From: Bilabrum cf. latius
Lineage: Eukaryota
DNA length: 64,000 bases
Direction: 5' to 3'
Assembly (NCBI GenBank): GCA_965178125.1
Contig: OZ237737.1
Coordinates: 1,302,001-1,366,000 of the forward strand
This document shows positions 37,801 through 49,288 of the stretch, in pieces (the stretch's first letter is position 1; every line of letters begins with the position of its first letter). The notes beneath the pieces are model-generated. The model did no database searches. It was not told the DNA's origin and worked only from the letters and a program-made list of their open reading frames with translations. Both the position numbers and the translations under genes were made by a program.

Positions 37801-39882
37801 AGACGGTGGGCGGCAGAGATCGGGACTTCTGGCCTGTTGGTCCAGACCGCCATCCAAGGCGAAGGGGGCGGTGAGAGTTCAGACGGAGGGGACAATGGCG
37901 CCGTGAATTCGGCTGGCATTCGACAAGAGCGTCGCTTAGGAGAGATGCACGACGCGCTGCTGGCGATGGCTACCGCGGATGGATGGGACGGGGGTCACTT
38001 CAGCATGGGTGGGCTGGGTGCCGGGGCCGCAACAGGTCCCTTCTCCCCTGGCAAAGGGGGGCCAAGGGGGGCGCTGCATCGTGCAACCGACGCGCTCATC
38101 GCCGAAGGCGCGGTGGCGGGACCTGGTGACCCTGTGTCGAAGGACGAGGAGTCGCACGAGTCTGCGATCCTGCATGCCGTGGCTCTCCGTCGCATGATCA
38201 CAAGGATCTCGGAGCGCGTGTGGAGAGCCACACGGGGCGCCGCGGACCCAGCCGCATTCGTGGCTGCCGCCAGGCAGGATGTCCTCATGGACAACCGAAG
38301 AGAGTGGAAGCAGCGCGCAGAGTCGAGCGATCGAGTGGTGCAGGGCATCCTCGCCGAAATGAGGAACAGGGAACAAGCGGAACGGGAGGTTGAAGAGCAC
38401 GATGGCCGGAGCGACAGAGCGGAGGGTCAGAGAGACGCCCCCTTGTCGCCAACTGCCGCTAGCATTCCGACCGCGGGCGAGGCCATGGCGCTGGATCCCT
38501 GCAATCCCGACTACGCAACGTTGACGCGAGACGGACGTGCTGTGGTTGCAGAGACAGGTAGCACCGCACAAGTGCTTCTTGTGCTGTCGTCTTCACATCC
38601 CGTGGAGGCCCCGCTGTATCCACTGCCGTGGCACGAGCATCTGATGGTGCGAATGCTCACCAGAATCCATACGGCCCTGCGAAAGGCGCACGGTGTCAGC
38701 GCGCCCAGCGGCATGGCGGTTCGTCGGCGAGAAAGGCGCGAGCTGGAGAGCCTCGGAGTCGACTGGAGGAAGTACGAAGAGCGATTCTGGTTCTGGCCGT
38801 ACGGTTCCGATGGTATCGGGCGAGACTGGCACGGCGATGTGCGAGGTGTGCGAGGCCTTAAGGAGGACCCGGTGCCGTTGAGTTAGCAGTCCGTAGATGC
38901 GGGGGGACTCGCGTACAGCGGCACGGCGCAGAAGCGCAGGGAGGCTGCGATGTCTGCCCACGGCGCGAATAGTAGGCAGGAGGCCAAGGCAGCCGAGTCC
39001 AGGAAGGAGTACATCCCCAAGATCGTGCGCATCATGCGTTACCTGAATCACACCACGTCAAACGCGCCAGAGAGGGCGCGAGCGGACAGGCTGCTGTGGC
39101 CTCCCGACCCACCGAAATCCGTCGAGTACGCTCTGTTCAAGTCAGCAGAAGAGCAGCGGCGCGCAGAGCAGCTGTACGGATGGAAGCCACCAGGAAACAT
39201 GAAGCTGTCAAGAGACACTCGGGACGGGCGAGTCATCATCGACGCAACTGAGAGCCGGTACATCCGAGTCAGGCAATACGACAGCGGGGCCTACGAGCGG
39301 ATGGAAGCAGGCCGCACGCAGCCGCCAGATAGCATGATTCCTGCGATTGATACAAGGGATTCCGCGCTGCGCGCAGCTGGCCGCAGAATCATGATGCAGC
39401 AGCAGCAGGCACCGGGAGGCGCTGCGAGCGGCAGTAGCAGCGCAGATGCCAGTGGAGGTCGGGGCGCTCGCTAGGAAGAAGGCGATACGGAGCAAGATGG
39501 CGCCTCTGGCATCGAATTTGGTATCTCTGCTATCGCTGCCTCGTACCCTAACAATGTGGCGCGGCTAGGTTCGGAGCGACTCCCCGGTGCGGCGGATTCA
39601 AGCGAGCTGGAGGGGTACCGTCCGTCTGGCGTGGCGACCCGCCGGGTGAAGGGCAAGCAGCTCAAGGCAGCACCGTCGGTTCCAGGGATGCAGGTAGGCG
39701 GTGCTGCATCGGAGTACACTGCAGACGGCGTGAGCAAGCAAAGGATGCGCGATTTAGCGCGAGTGAGTGCCGGGGTCGAGCCTGGCTTTGTGCCGCTGTA
39801 CGAGCGACCCGAGTTCAACCCTTTGCTGGGTCGGGTAGAGAGTTCTGGGGGGCGACAAGGTCGGTCCAGAGATGTCGGTTGA
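28852..39882 (+). CDS. Giant leucine-rich-repeat protein (~3,676 aa), apparently intronless
   Basis: A chain of same-frame ORFs joined by 13 TAGs (29431, 29647, 29980, 30142, 31882, 32014, 33445, 35074, 36016, 36736, 37552, 38884, 39472); ends TGA. LRRs such as LQSLDLSHNRLKTLPSEIGGL, LRFLDLAGNKIKELP and LSYVDLRRNRI. Confidence 0.8.
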
Positions 39883-40300
39883 AGTTGTCATGGTACTCGT
39901 ACTATGGTGTACTGGTGTACTCTTCCTCAAGCGCGGCCTGTCTGGCAAGTCAAGGTGCGGTGATCTGAGCCAACCCCATCTATCACCTCGTACAGGAACC
40001 CACTTTCCCACATTGCGCGCGCATCACTGTAAACACTATCCAGTCCCGCTGCACGTTGCGCGATTGCACTCGAGAGGTTACGACTGGGGTGGGGTGGCAA
40101 GCACTGTTCTCGGGCGGTTTCGCACGACTCGGATAAGATCGCCAAACGGTGGAGTGCAGCAAGATTCCGCAACACGGGGTGGCAAGGACTTTGCTTGCAC
40201 GAGATACATATTTGCAGCAGTAAAGTTTTGATCGTCGGTCCAAGCTCCTGCTTTTTCCTACTTAATCTACTGCAAGGGCGTTGATATTGCAGTTCGAGAA

Positions 40301-43257
40301 ATGTCCAGGGCTACTGGTGCGGCAGCAGGCGAAGTGGTCAGGGAAATGCACGCCGATAGCGTTCCGTTGCGAATTCCAAGATCAAGCAAGGGCAAGCGCG
40401 CTGGAAAACGGATTCGGCTGCTGGGCTAGGGGCAATTTGGGTCCGTCTACCACGCCTAGTTTTGTCAATAGGACAGCCGTGAGTGGCTTGACGCAGCAGT
40501 GAAAGTCCCGCGCCTGCCGTCATCGGCACAATTTGGTAGTAGCATTCACTTAGATCCCGCATTCCGGGCAGAGCTTGAGCTCATGTAGCTGGTAAGTACT
40601 GAGTGGTCTTGCAATCGTAGTTCGTCGGCTCCTTGCACTTGCCAGTGGGTGCAGCGCCTGGATGCAGACACCCCAGCGTTCCATTGTTCCCGCAGCTATC
40701 CAAACATCCCCATCCTAACGTTCTCAATCTGCATGCTGCGATTTTGGACCGATCTGGCAAGAGCGCAGCTGGCTTGGGGCTGGTCCCCGAGACCGATCGC
40801 CACGGCCCAGCACCGGACTAGCCGGCCCTGTACATCGTGACGGAGCTGTGCGACCAAGGAGACCTATTCGATCGGGTTGCAGACCCCAGGACATCATACA
40901 CAGAGCGGGACGCCGCACTCCTCTTCAGACAGGTTCTGCACGGCCTCGAGCACATCCACCGGGCGGGCTTCGTGCACCGCGATCTCAAGCCAGAAAACGT
41001 CTTTCTGAAAGCCCCGGGCGCGTCCATGTGGACTGATCAGGCTGAGACTCCCTCTTCTACCCGGGTGAGGCATTTGGAAGTCGTAGTGGGAGACATGGGT
41101 CTCGCCGCAGTACCCACACCTGAGGGCAAGAGCCAGGACGCATTCGAGGGCACCCTGCCGTATGCCGCCCCGGAGCAACTCAGCCCACCCAGGTTTGCCT
41201 TCGGATTTAAGTCAGACATCTGGGCGGCCGGCTGTATCCTGTACATACTCCTGTGCGGGCGGCCACCGTTCTACGCGCGGGGCTCTGGGACGAGACAGGA
41301 ACAGGAGGATCGCATGGTGGAGGAGATCCGAGGGGGGCGGGTCGACATGAGCGATGGGCTCTTCAAAGGCGTTTCGAAGCAGGCCATGTCGCTGCTCCGA
41401 GGGGTGCTTTGCGTGGATGTGGATAGGCGCCTGTCTGTGCAGGCGGTGCTAGACCATGATTGGTTCGAGCTGACCGTGCCAGACGTGCTAGAGGCAGAGA
41501 GGACGATCGCAGCCAGGGCCGGGGCCTCGGAGGGAAAAGAAAAGGAGGGGGCGGGGCACTAGGACGGCGATTGCTTCAGTGAGATCGCGAGGGTATCTTC
41601 CGTCCGCACTGCCAGCTCCTCCATGTCCATGTCCGGGTCGCAAGCTGGACGCGGCGCAGCCGGGGAGCATCCGGCGGACCAGAAGGGACCCTCGCAGGAG
41701 GCAATCTCGGCAGTGGCCTTGAATGGAGCTCAGCAACGCCTTCGGAAATTCAATGCTCGCCGGCGTTTTCGCGGCGCAATGATGGCTGCACTTGCCATGG
41801 GCAAGGCAACCGCCATTGGAGCAGCCAAGGAGGGCAAGCATGGTATCGGTGGGGGCGCGGCAGTGACGCTGGACGGAACGGGAGTAGCGTGTACGCGAGT
41901 TCTGCGCGTTCGATCGCTGCTGCGAGAGCCCGTGTGCCTTCCATCTGGCACTGATGAAGCGTCTCTCTCCGCAGACCACGCAGCGATTTGGAGGATCTGC
42001 GAAGGCCTCAGGCTGCGATGGATCGATCTGCTTGGCAGCCGGTTGGCCCTGACCCACCTGCGGGAGGGAGTGGCAGACCCTATGGATCCTGTTGAGTCTA
42101 GTGGTGAGGTTGGGGGCGATGGAACCACTTCTGCACCTGCTTCTGCTTCTGCCTCTCCGGCACGCGGTACCACACGCCGGGCTCGAAGGCACCAGACCTG
42201 CCGCCGCGTGGGTCCTGCCCGCTTCCGCGATGCACTGGCGCAAGCCATGAGCACCGCGGTGAAAAAGTTGCTGCGAAAGGGCAAACGGAGGGCAAGCTCG
42301 GTGTCCCAGGACCCGAGGGAGGCGGCAGACGCTGGATTCACGCCCGGCGCTAGGATGCCGGTTCACCGACGAAGCAGCTCCAGCTCCGGCACGGTGGAAG
42401 TACCAAGTGGCTGGCTGGATGCACCCGTGTGGGAGCAGGTGCTGCGGGCCCTTGGTTATGGGGAAAGAAGTGGCACTGGAAAGCCCGAAGGGGTGGATGG
42501 CGCAGTGGTGCTGTCCTCATTCGTTCTGTCTCAGAGCTCGCTGCCGGCTCTTGTCACAGCTGCCGAAAGACCATCAGAGAAAACAGCAGCAGCAGGGCAG
42601 GGAGAAAGACCAGGAGAAGAAGACAACGCCGAGCAAGAAGTGGACAGCAGGTTGTTCGCGCGGGACTCTGCATGGAGCCTGCTGTTCTATGCCTCTGACC
42701 TGGACAGAGATGGTACCGTGACACAGCAAGAAATCACCCGAGGGCTGGAGGGCCTGGGGGATGGGTGGGTGAGTCTCGTGCGTTCTGTGGCTCTGGAGGC
42801 GACGCAGGAGGCGGAATGGTTGCACGAGGCCGGCGAGTCGAGCGGTGAAGGTGCCGCGCGTGCTCCTCCTACTGCTGCTACTGCTGCTGCTGCAGCGGGC
42901 GGCCACGAGGCCGAGGCAGCGTCTCTCTTCCACCGCGAGCTGGAGGCTGGGGCCGGGGGCGTGCTCGGGGCCCTGGATGCCGACAGCGACGGGGAGATTT
43001 CGCATTCCGAGTGGATGGCGGCGGTTGGGTTCAGCGCGAGCCGACGGCTGAGGGCCTCCCCGAGAGCGGGGTCGGGTCTGGGTCGCGATGTGTCGGCGTC
43101 GAGCGAGATGGGCGACGGCGTCATCGACCTGGGAGGGGATGAGCGCGGGGCGCAACTGTCCTCGATTGCCGAGGCAGAGGCCGCCGATCACCAAGGGGTT
43201 GGACCCGGGTCCGGGGAGGATGAGGATGGGGAGGGGGAAGGTAAGGATCCGGGCTGA
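40301..43257 (+). CDS. CAMK-group Ser/Thr kinase with CaM-binding-like helix and EF-hands
   Basis: Exon 1 40301-40591: LG*GQFGSVY...AAVKV...AELELM*L; intron 40592-40695; HRDLKPEN, GDMGLA, GTLPYAAPE, SDIWAAG; RLRKFNARRRFRGAM; EF loops DLDRDGTVTQQE and DADSDGEISHSE. Six TAGs; ends TGA. Confidence 0.87.
40592..40695 (+). other. Spliceosomal intron of the kinase gene
   Basis: GTAAGT...TTCCCGCAG, phase 0; joins ELM*L to LSKHPHPNVLNL. Confidence 0.8.
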
Positions 43258-43344
43258 TGCCTACCGCAGCCTGGTCTGCCGGAGTTGCGCCGCGCAGCAG
43301 TTACGGAACCAATTGTGTCCTTTCTCGTGCACAGTTCCACCAAC

Positions 43345-46300
43345 ATGTGGTCGACTGGTCTCTTGCACACAGTAATCTTTGCTTCAGCAACTATGCATAT
43401 AGCTGCGGCTGCTCCTCGCACGTTAGAGGAGATTGCTGCGATGAACGGGCTGGATCCTACTGTCGAGTGCGGGTGGCGACAAGCTGCGCTCGATTTCGCC
43501 AAAGTGGTTCAGCCAGCAAGATCAAAGGCCGAGATATAGAGTGTTTCGGATGCTTTGTAGTTGGAATCTCTGTGTGCCAACGGGACCGAGACGACAGCAA
43601 CACCCAGCGCGATCGAGTCAATCGACGCGTCGTGGAACGGCAGGCTTCGGGTGCTATCGGACAAACTCGACGCCGCAAGGAGCGCAGCAAGACGTCGCAT
43701 CACGGCCGCTGCTACTACTTTCTTCGTGGACGCTGCCGCTGGCTCGGACAGGAACAGTGGGACGTCTCGCTCGCAAGCACTGCAATCTTTGGAGGAAGCG
43801 ATCTCCCGATCCCGGGAGCCAACATCCGTGCGGCCCGTGGCAATCGTGCTCACGGCCGGCCAGACGCATCGTATTGCTGCAACTGTGGAGCTGGGTCCGT
43901 CCGATTCGGACCTCTCGGTCGTGGCAGACCCCGAGGCTGACCCTGGCACCCCGATGCCGACGCTCTCGGGAGCCCAGCCACTGAAACTAGACGGCGCGTG
44001 GGAGCAGCTGCCAGAGAGAAGCAGTTATCTATCCGCTGAAAAGAGCTCTGGCGATTCCAGCAGCCACTGGGTGGTCCTGAACGCAACGAACGCAGTGTAC
44101 GGTGCCACGCCGAGCCCCGCCGGCCCTGTCATCAACGTGACCCGCGTCGGCAACGCGAGCGCGTGCCAGGCCATCTGCGAGACAACGAAGGGGTGCTCCG
44201 TCTTCACGTGGCACGACAGCACGTGGCCCCTCGAGTACAAGGACACGTGCTGGATCAGGCTGGACGGCATCTGGTCCCCCGTCCCCGATCCCGACCACGT
44301 GGCCGGGCACAGGCTTGCGCCCCGCAACGCGTGGAAAGCGGAGGTTTCGCTGGCATCGGGCGGGCAGCTGCCTCCGGGTGACATCCAGGCCATTTTTGTG
44401 GCTGGTGGGGCGGGCGGGCAGGGCTCCGGGTTGGAGCGCCGTGGCATCAGGGCCAGGTTTCCGAACGCCGACCCGGAGAGGACTGTGTTTCCCACTGGTT
44501 GGCTGCCTACGCACGACGACATCGCGGTGTGGCAGGCTCCCGAAGTTGACTACGGCTCCGAGGTGATTTCCGTGGACATGTCAAAGTGGGGCGTCTACCC
44601 GGGCGAGTTCCAGAACTTTTACATGGGCATCGGCGGAGAGTGCGAGAGGTTCGACCCGCCCCAGAGCTACTGGTGCCAGCCCAACGGTAGGGTGGCAAAC
44701 TCGACGTACTGGGTGCGCTCTCCTCCCGCTCTGAACGTCAGCAAGTCCGCCATGCCAAACCTGCCGTACACGGAGGACCCGCGGGGCGCGAACGGCGCCG
44801 TGCTGAATTTCTGGAGGTCTGGGCATTGGTTCACGCTCATGGACCGGGTCGTTGGCACGGCCCCAGCGCCGTCCAACTTCGGCCCAGGCGGTGTCTCTTT
44901 CCAGCTGGCCCAGCTGGCCAACCAGGGGGCCGAAGGCGACTCCCACCCCAGGGAGTTCTACATCGAGGGCGTGGTGGATGAGCTCGACTCTGCGGACGAA
45001 TTTGTGCTCCTCGATGGGACCCTGTACTACAGGCCGAACCAGACGGACGGCGCGCCGGACGCCTCGACTGCATTTGAGGCAATCCCTTTGCGCCGTCTAG
45101 TGCACATGCAGGGCACTTTTGGAGATGCCCAGCCATCCGCCTTCTTTCCCGGCAGGCAGTCCCAGGTCCGCCAGTTTGGGCAGCCCGTGTCCAACGTGAG
45201 CTTTGTTGGAATCCGGGTAACCGGTGCGGGCCCGTCCTACGTGGATTCGCCTCATCAGACGGCCACTGGTGGCGACTGGGGCGTCAGCAAGGAAGGCGCA
45301 TTTTACCTCGAGGGCACCGAGGGGGTCTCCATGGAGCACTGCTTCTTCGAGCGTGTCGACGGCAACGCGGTGTTCGTGTACGATCACAACCGCGACTTTT
45401 ACGTGTCCGACAGTGAGTTCGCCTGGATCGGCGAGTCGGCCGTGGTGCTGCAAGGGGTGCTGGATGGACCCGACGGGAGAGCGGGCACGCAGCCCCGCGG
45501 TACAACGGTGGAGCGCATGATGTGCCGGCAGGTGGGAATCTTCGAGAAGCAGTCCAGCTGCTTCTTCCAGAGCGCCTCTTTGCTGAGCACCGTGAAGGAC
45601 TCGGTACTGTTTGAGAGTCCGAGGGCCCTCATCAACCAAGAGGACCAGATCGGGGGCGGGCATCTGTACGATTCCAACGTGCTGTTCAAGTCGTGCACGC
45701 AGAGCCAGGATCACTCGGCGTTCAACAGCTGGGGCAGGGTGCCTGGTATCACCAACCTGGCCCCGCCCAGCCCACCGCTGCTGGATCTCGATGCAGCCAG
45801 CATGCTCGAGCAGGTCAAGCGCGAGAGGGGGCTGGCAGCACCGTCAGAGGCTGGATCTGCCATCCCACAGTTCTCGGTAGCAAGCAACAACTACATTGTG
45901 GCCGGCGGTTTCGCAGGATCCGAGGTGGGCGCGAATGGAGGTGCCTTCGACAACGACGACGGCTCCAGCTTCTACTTGATGCACAACACGACCTCCGTCC
46001 TCGGCGGCGTGAAGCAGGACTTTGATGGTCACGGCATGATCCACGTAGGGGGGCTTTACCTGGCTTCCTACGTGTACGGACCCAAGTGCGTCAACTACAT
46101 GTCAGTACCCGAGAAGCACCCCGACAACTCCACACTGTGGGACCTGGGCTACCTGAACTCAACCTGCGTGCTGGCCAACCCCACCGATGCATACTTGAAC
46201 ATTGGCGGGGGGTGCGACCTGTCCAAGCCCGGTGACCTCGCGCTGCAGCTGGGAGGGAACAAGATCATGGTAGAGGGCTCAAACCCCGTGATCAAGGTTT

Positions 46301-46434
46301 GCGGCAAGACTTTCACATGGAAAGAGTGGCAGCAGGCTGGTGTTGACGTCGGCTCCAGCGTGGAGGAAGCCCCCACACCCGAAGAGGCGGTGGCCATGCT
46401 GCGCGCGCACCTGCACCTACCGGCAAGCAGCTGA
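43345..46434 (+). CDS. Secreted PAN/apple plus right-handed beta-helix (pectin-lyase-fold) protein, possible glycoside hydrolase
   Basis: Signal-like MWSTGLLHTVIFASATMHIAAA; TAGs 43537 and 43558; NASACQAICETTKGCSVFTWHD...CW (PAN); RARFPNAD, FYIEGVVDELDSADEF, FERVDGNAVF, AFDNDDGSSFY; ends TGA. Confidence 0.75.
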
Positions 46435-46622
46435 GAAGAGCCTGGCGCCATCGACACGATGTGGTCAATTTCTAATGATTCGTGTGGCACATTGCGTGTT
46501 TTTCTTCATTTTGTCGCACAGTACCCCTCAACGTTTGACCTATGTGGCGGTAGGAAAATATTTAGTTCGACATGTGGCACACAACCAAGCTAGAAGCAAA
46601 TATTGAAAGTAAAGCAATGCAC

Positions 46623-49167
46623 TCACTTGGCACCTCCCTTGGCGGCACCTGCGGCTCCCTTCGAGTCTCCGGTGGCCAGCTCGGCGTACATCTCGTCCAG
46701 CTGGTCCTGGTACCTGAGCTTGAGCTGGTGCCTCTTCAGCTTGAAGGACGGCGTCATCTCCTCGGTGCCCGGCATCCAAGGGTTGGGCTCCAGCCGGAGG
46801 GCCCTCGGCCTCTCGAAGCCAGTGAGCCCGCACTGCTTGCACACGTCGGTCATGTCGCTCAGCACGGAAGCGCGAACCTCGGGCAGGGCGCACATGGCCT
46901 TCACGTCAACATCTTCGGGCTTACCAGCCTTGGAGAAGCCCATCTCGATGCAGTAGGACGGGAAGGTGTCCGGGTCGGGTACCGCCACGCACACGCAGGC
47001 GGACTTCTTGGAGTCTCCGTACACCCACGCCATGAGCACCACCTTGGTGCCCTGCACCTTGCCCTCCACCTTCTCGGGGGCCACGTACTCGCCTTGCGCC
47101 AGCTTGAAGATGTTCTTGAGCCTGTCCACAATCTTTATCTTGCGGCTCCCCTTCAGGCAAATCGCGATGTCGCCCGTTCTAAACCATCCATCCGACGTGA
47201 ATGCCGCCTTGGTCTTGTCGGGCGCCTTGAAGTACCCGCTGAACACGTTCATCCCGCGCACCTGCAGCTCGCCCCTGCCCTCGCACTGCAGCAGAGCAGA
47301 GCCCTCCTGGTCGCTGAGGATCTCCCCGGGCAGGTCGCACGCAGGAGAGGAATCGCCATCGTCCCCGCCTGCCGCTTCGGCGTCGGCCGCGCCGCCAGAG
47401 GCGGCAGAGGCGGCAGCGCCACCAGCACCCGAGCTTCCGGCAGCAGGTGCAGGGCCCCTCTTGAGCGGCTTGCCGTCCAGCCTGTGGACGTGGTCCGTCG
47501 AGTAGTAGTCCAGGTCGGGCACGGACATGAGGCGCACCTCGCACGAGGGCAGGGGCGAGCCAACGTGACCTGTGGTCATCGTGTCCCGAACATCGGCGGC
47601 AGTGACAGAGGGGGCCGTCTCAGTGAGGCCGTAAGCCTCAACCAGTGGAACGCCGGGGAGCACGGTCCTAAAGAACTGGTGAACCTCCTCAGCCAAAGGC
47701 GCGGACCCGCTGGCCATGAGCTTGCAGCGATCCAGGCCGAGCTTCGCAGCCACTCCTGAGAAGACGAGCCTGTCGTAGATGGAGTGCGTGGTGGTGCCGT
47801 CCGCCTCGAGGTTGGCCTTCTTGGCCTCGTAGCCCCACCCGTACAGCGTCTGCACGACCGTTGATGCCTTTGAGATGTTGAGCGCGACCTTATCCTTGAA
47901 GCGGCTCAGCAGGCGAGGCACCGTAGGGAACATCGTCGGCCGCAGGCTGGTCAGGTCGCCGCTCAGCTGGCGGATATCCCCGCAAAAGAACCCGATGCGG
48001 CCGCCCATCAGGACGAAGAGCGCCTGCACGGCTCTCTCGAAGATGTGAGAGGCGGGGAGGTAGGACAGGTGCACCCAGTCGCTGGGCTTGTCCCCCATCA
48101 CCTTGTCCACGATGGACAGCGCATTGCACACGGAGGAGACCATGTTCACGTGCGTGAGGACCGCCCCCTTGGGCAAAGAGGTGGTGCCGGATGTGTAGTT
48201 GATGGTGGCCACATCCTCGGGCTTGGGAGGCGTGTGGGCCTTGACCTCGTGCTCGCGGCCCGCAGCGATGAGGTCGGTGAGGTCGATGATCTCCAGGCCG
48301 GCCTTGTCCGCCGCGGCAAGGATCTCGTCGTCAGGCTTGCCGAAGGAGACGACGTTCGTCAGCTTGCTCGTCTTTTCGGGGTCCGCCGTACGGACCTTGA
48401 GAAGGATCTTGAGCTGGTCCAGGCCAGCAAACACGACCCGAATCTCCGTCTGCTCGAGGATGTGCGTCAGGGCCTCCTCGCCCAGCGTGTCATAGAGGGC
48501 CACAGACACACCGCCGTAGGCATCCCCAGCCATGCAGGCGGTCGTCCACTCCCACCGGTTCTTCGAGAACAGTCCAAATGGCCGAACCGTGATGCCTTGA
48601 TCTTCTACCTCTGGCAGCCAGTCTCGACGAACCATTTCACTGCGGTGTGATATGATATTAGGACGCCCCAAATTGACAGTGGTGGCACAAGTTGTGACAC
48701 TGGTGGCACATGTTGGAACACGGCACGTGCGCATGGACATGTTCGCGCGGATTGACTCAGCTCGGTAAGAATTGACCGGATATCCACGAGATCATGGACG
48801 GATATCTACTATTTATTTGCACGGCCGCACTGGATGAGATTTGCACTCACGAGCCGATAATGTCGCGAAGCTCAGCCACTTGTTCGTACGTCTTCCAGTC
48901 GTATGCGGTCGTAAGCGAGCCATCCTCCGCTGGAATCCGATGCCCAAGGCAAGGCTAGTCTCTTGCCACCCGAAGACCGCGCTGGAATGCACCGTACAGC
49001 GTGGTAGCATCCGGAAATGCCGTCTTCAGCAACGGCTTGCCTTCCATGCCGGCACCACGCAGAATCGGAGTGGTTTGCAGACCATCTACCACCTGACTAG
49101 GTGCCACTGGTACGCTAAGAGCATCAGGAAGCTTTCCTTCTCCAGGTACGGACGAGGTGTTTCCCAT
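46623..49167 (-). CDS. Long-chain fatty acyl-CoA synthetase
   Basis: Exon 1 48851-49167 (MGNTSS...TLYGAFQRGLRVARD*PCLGHR, TAG 48955), intron 48640-48850; INYTSGTTSLPKG, EAYGLTET, DGWFRTGDI, IVDRLKNIFKLAQGEYVAPEKVE; ends TGA. Confidence 0.92.
48640..48850 (-). other. Spliceosomal intron of the acyl-CoA synthetase gene
   Basis: GTGAGT...CACCGCAG; restores IIG-S-EMVRR in frame. Confidence 0.75.
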
Positions 49168-49288
49168 GTTAATCGACAATTGTGTCGACCAAGCAATCCG
49201 CGCGTCAGATCCTTGCGACCACGTGCGGCGACCGCAAGTGCACTGCACGAACCCACAACCCATCCAGGAGACGTTTGCAGGCATTCAA

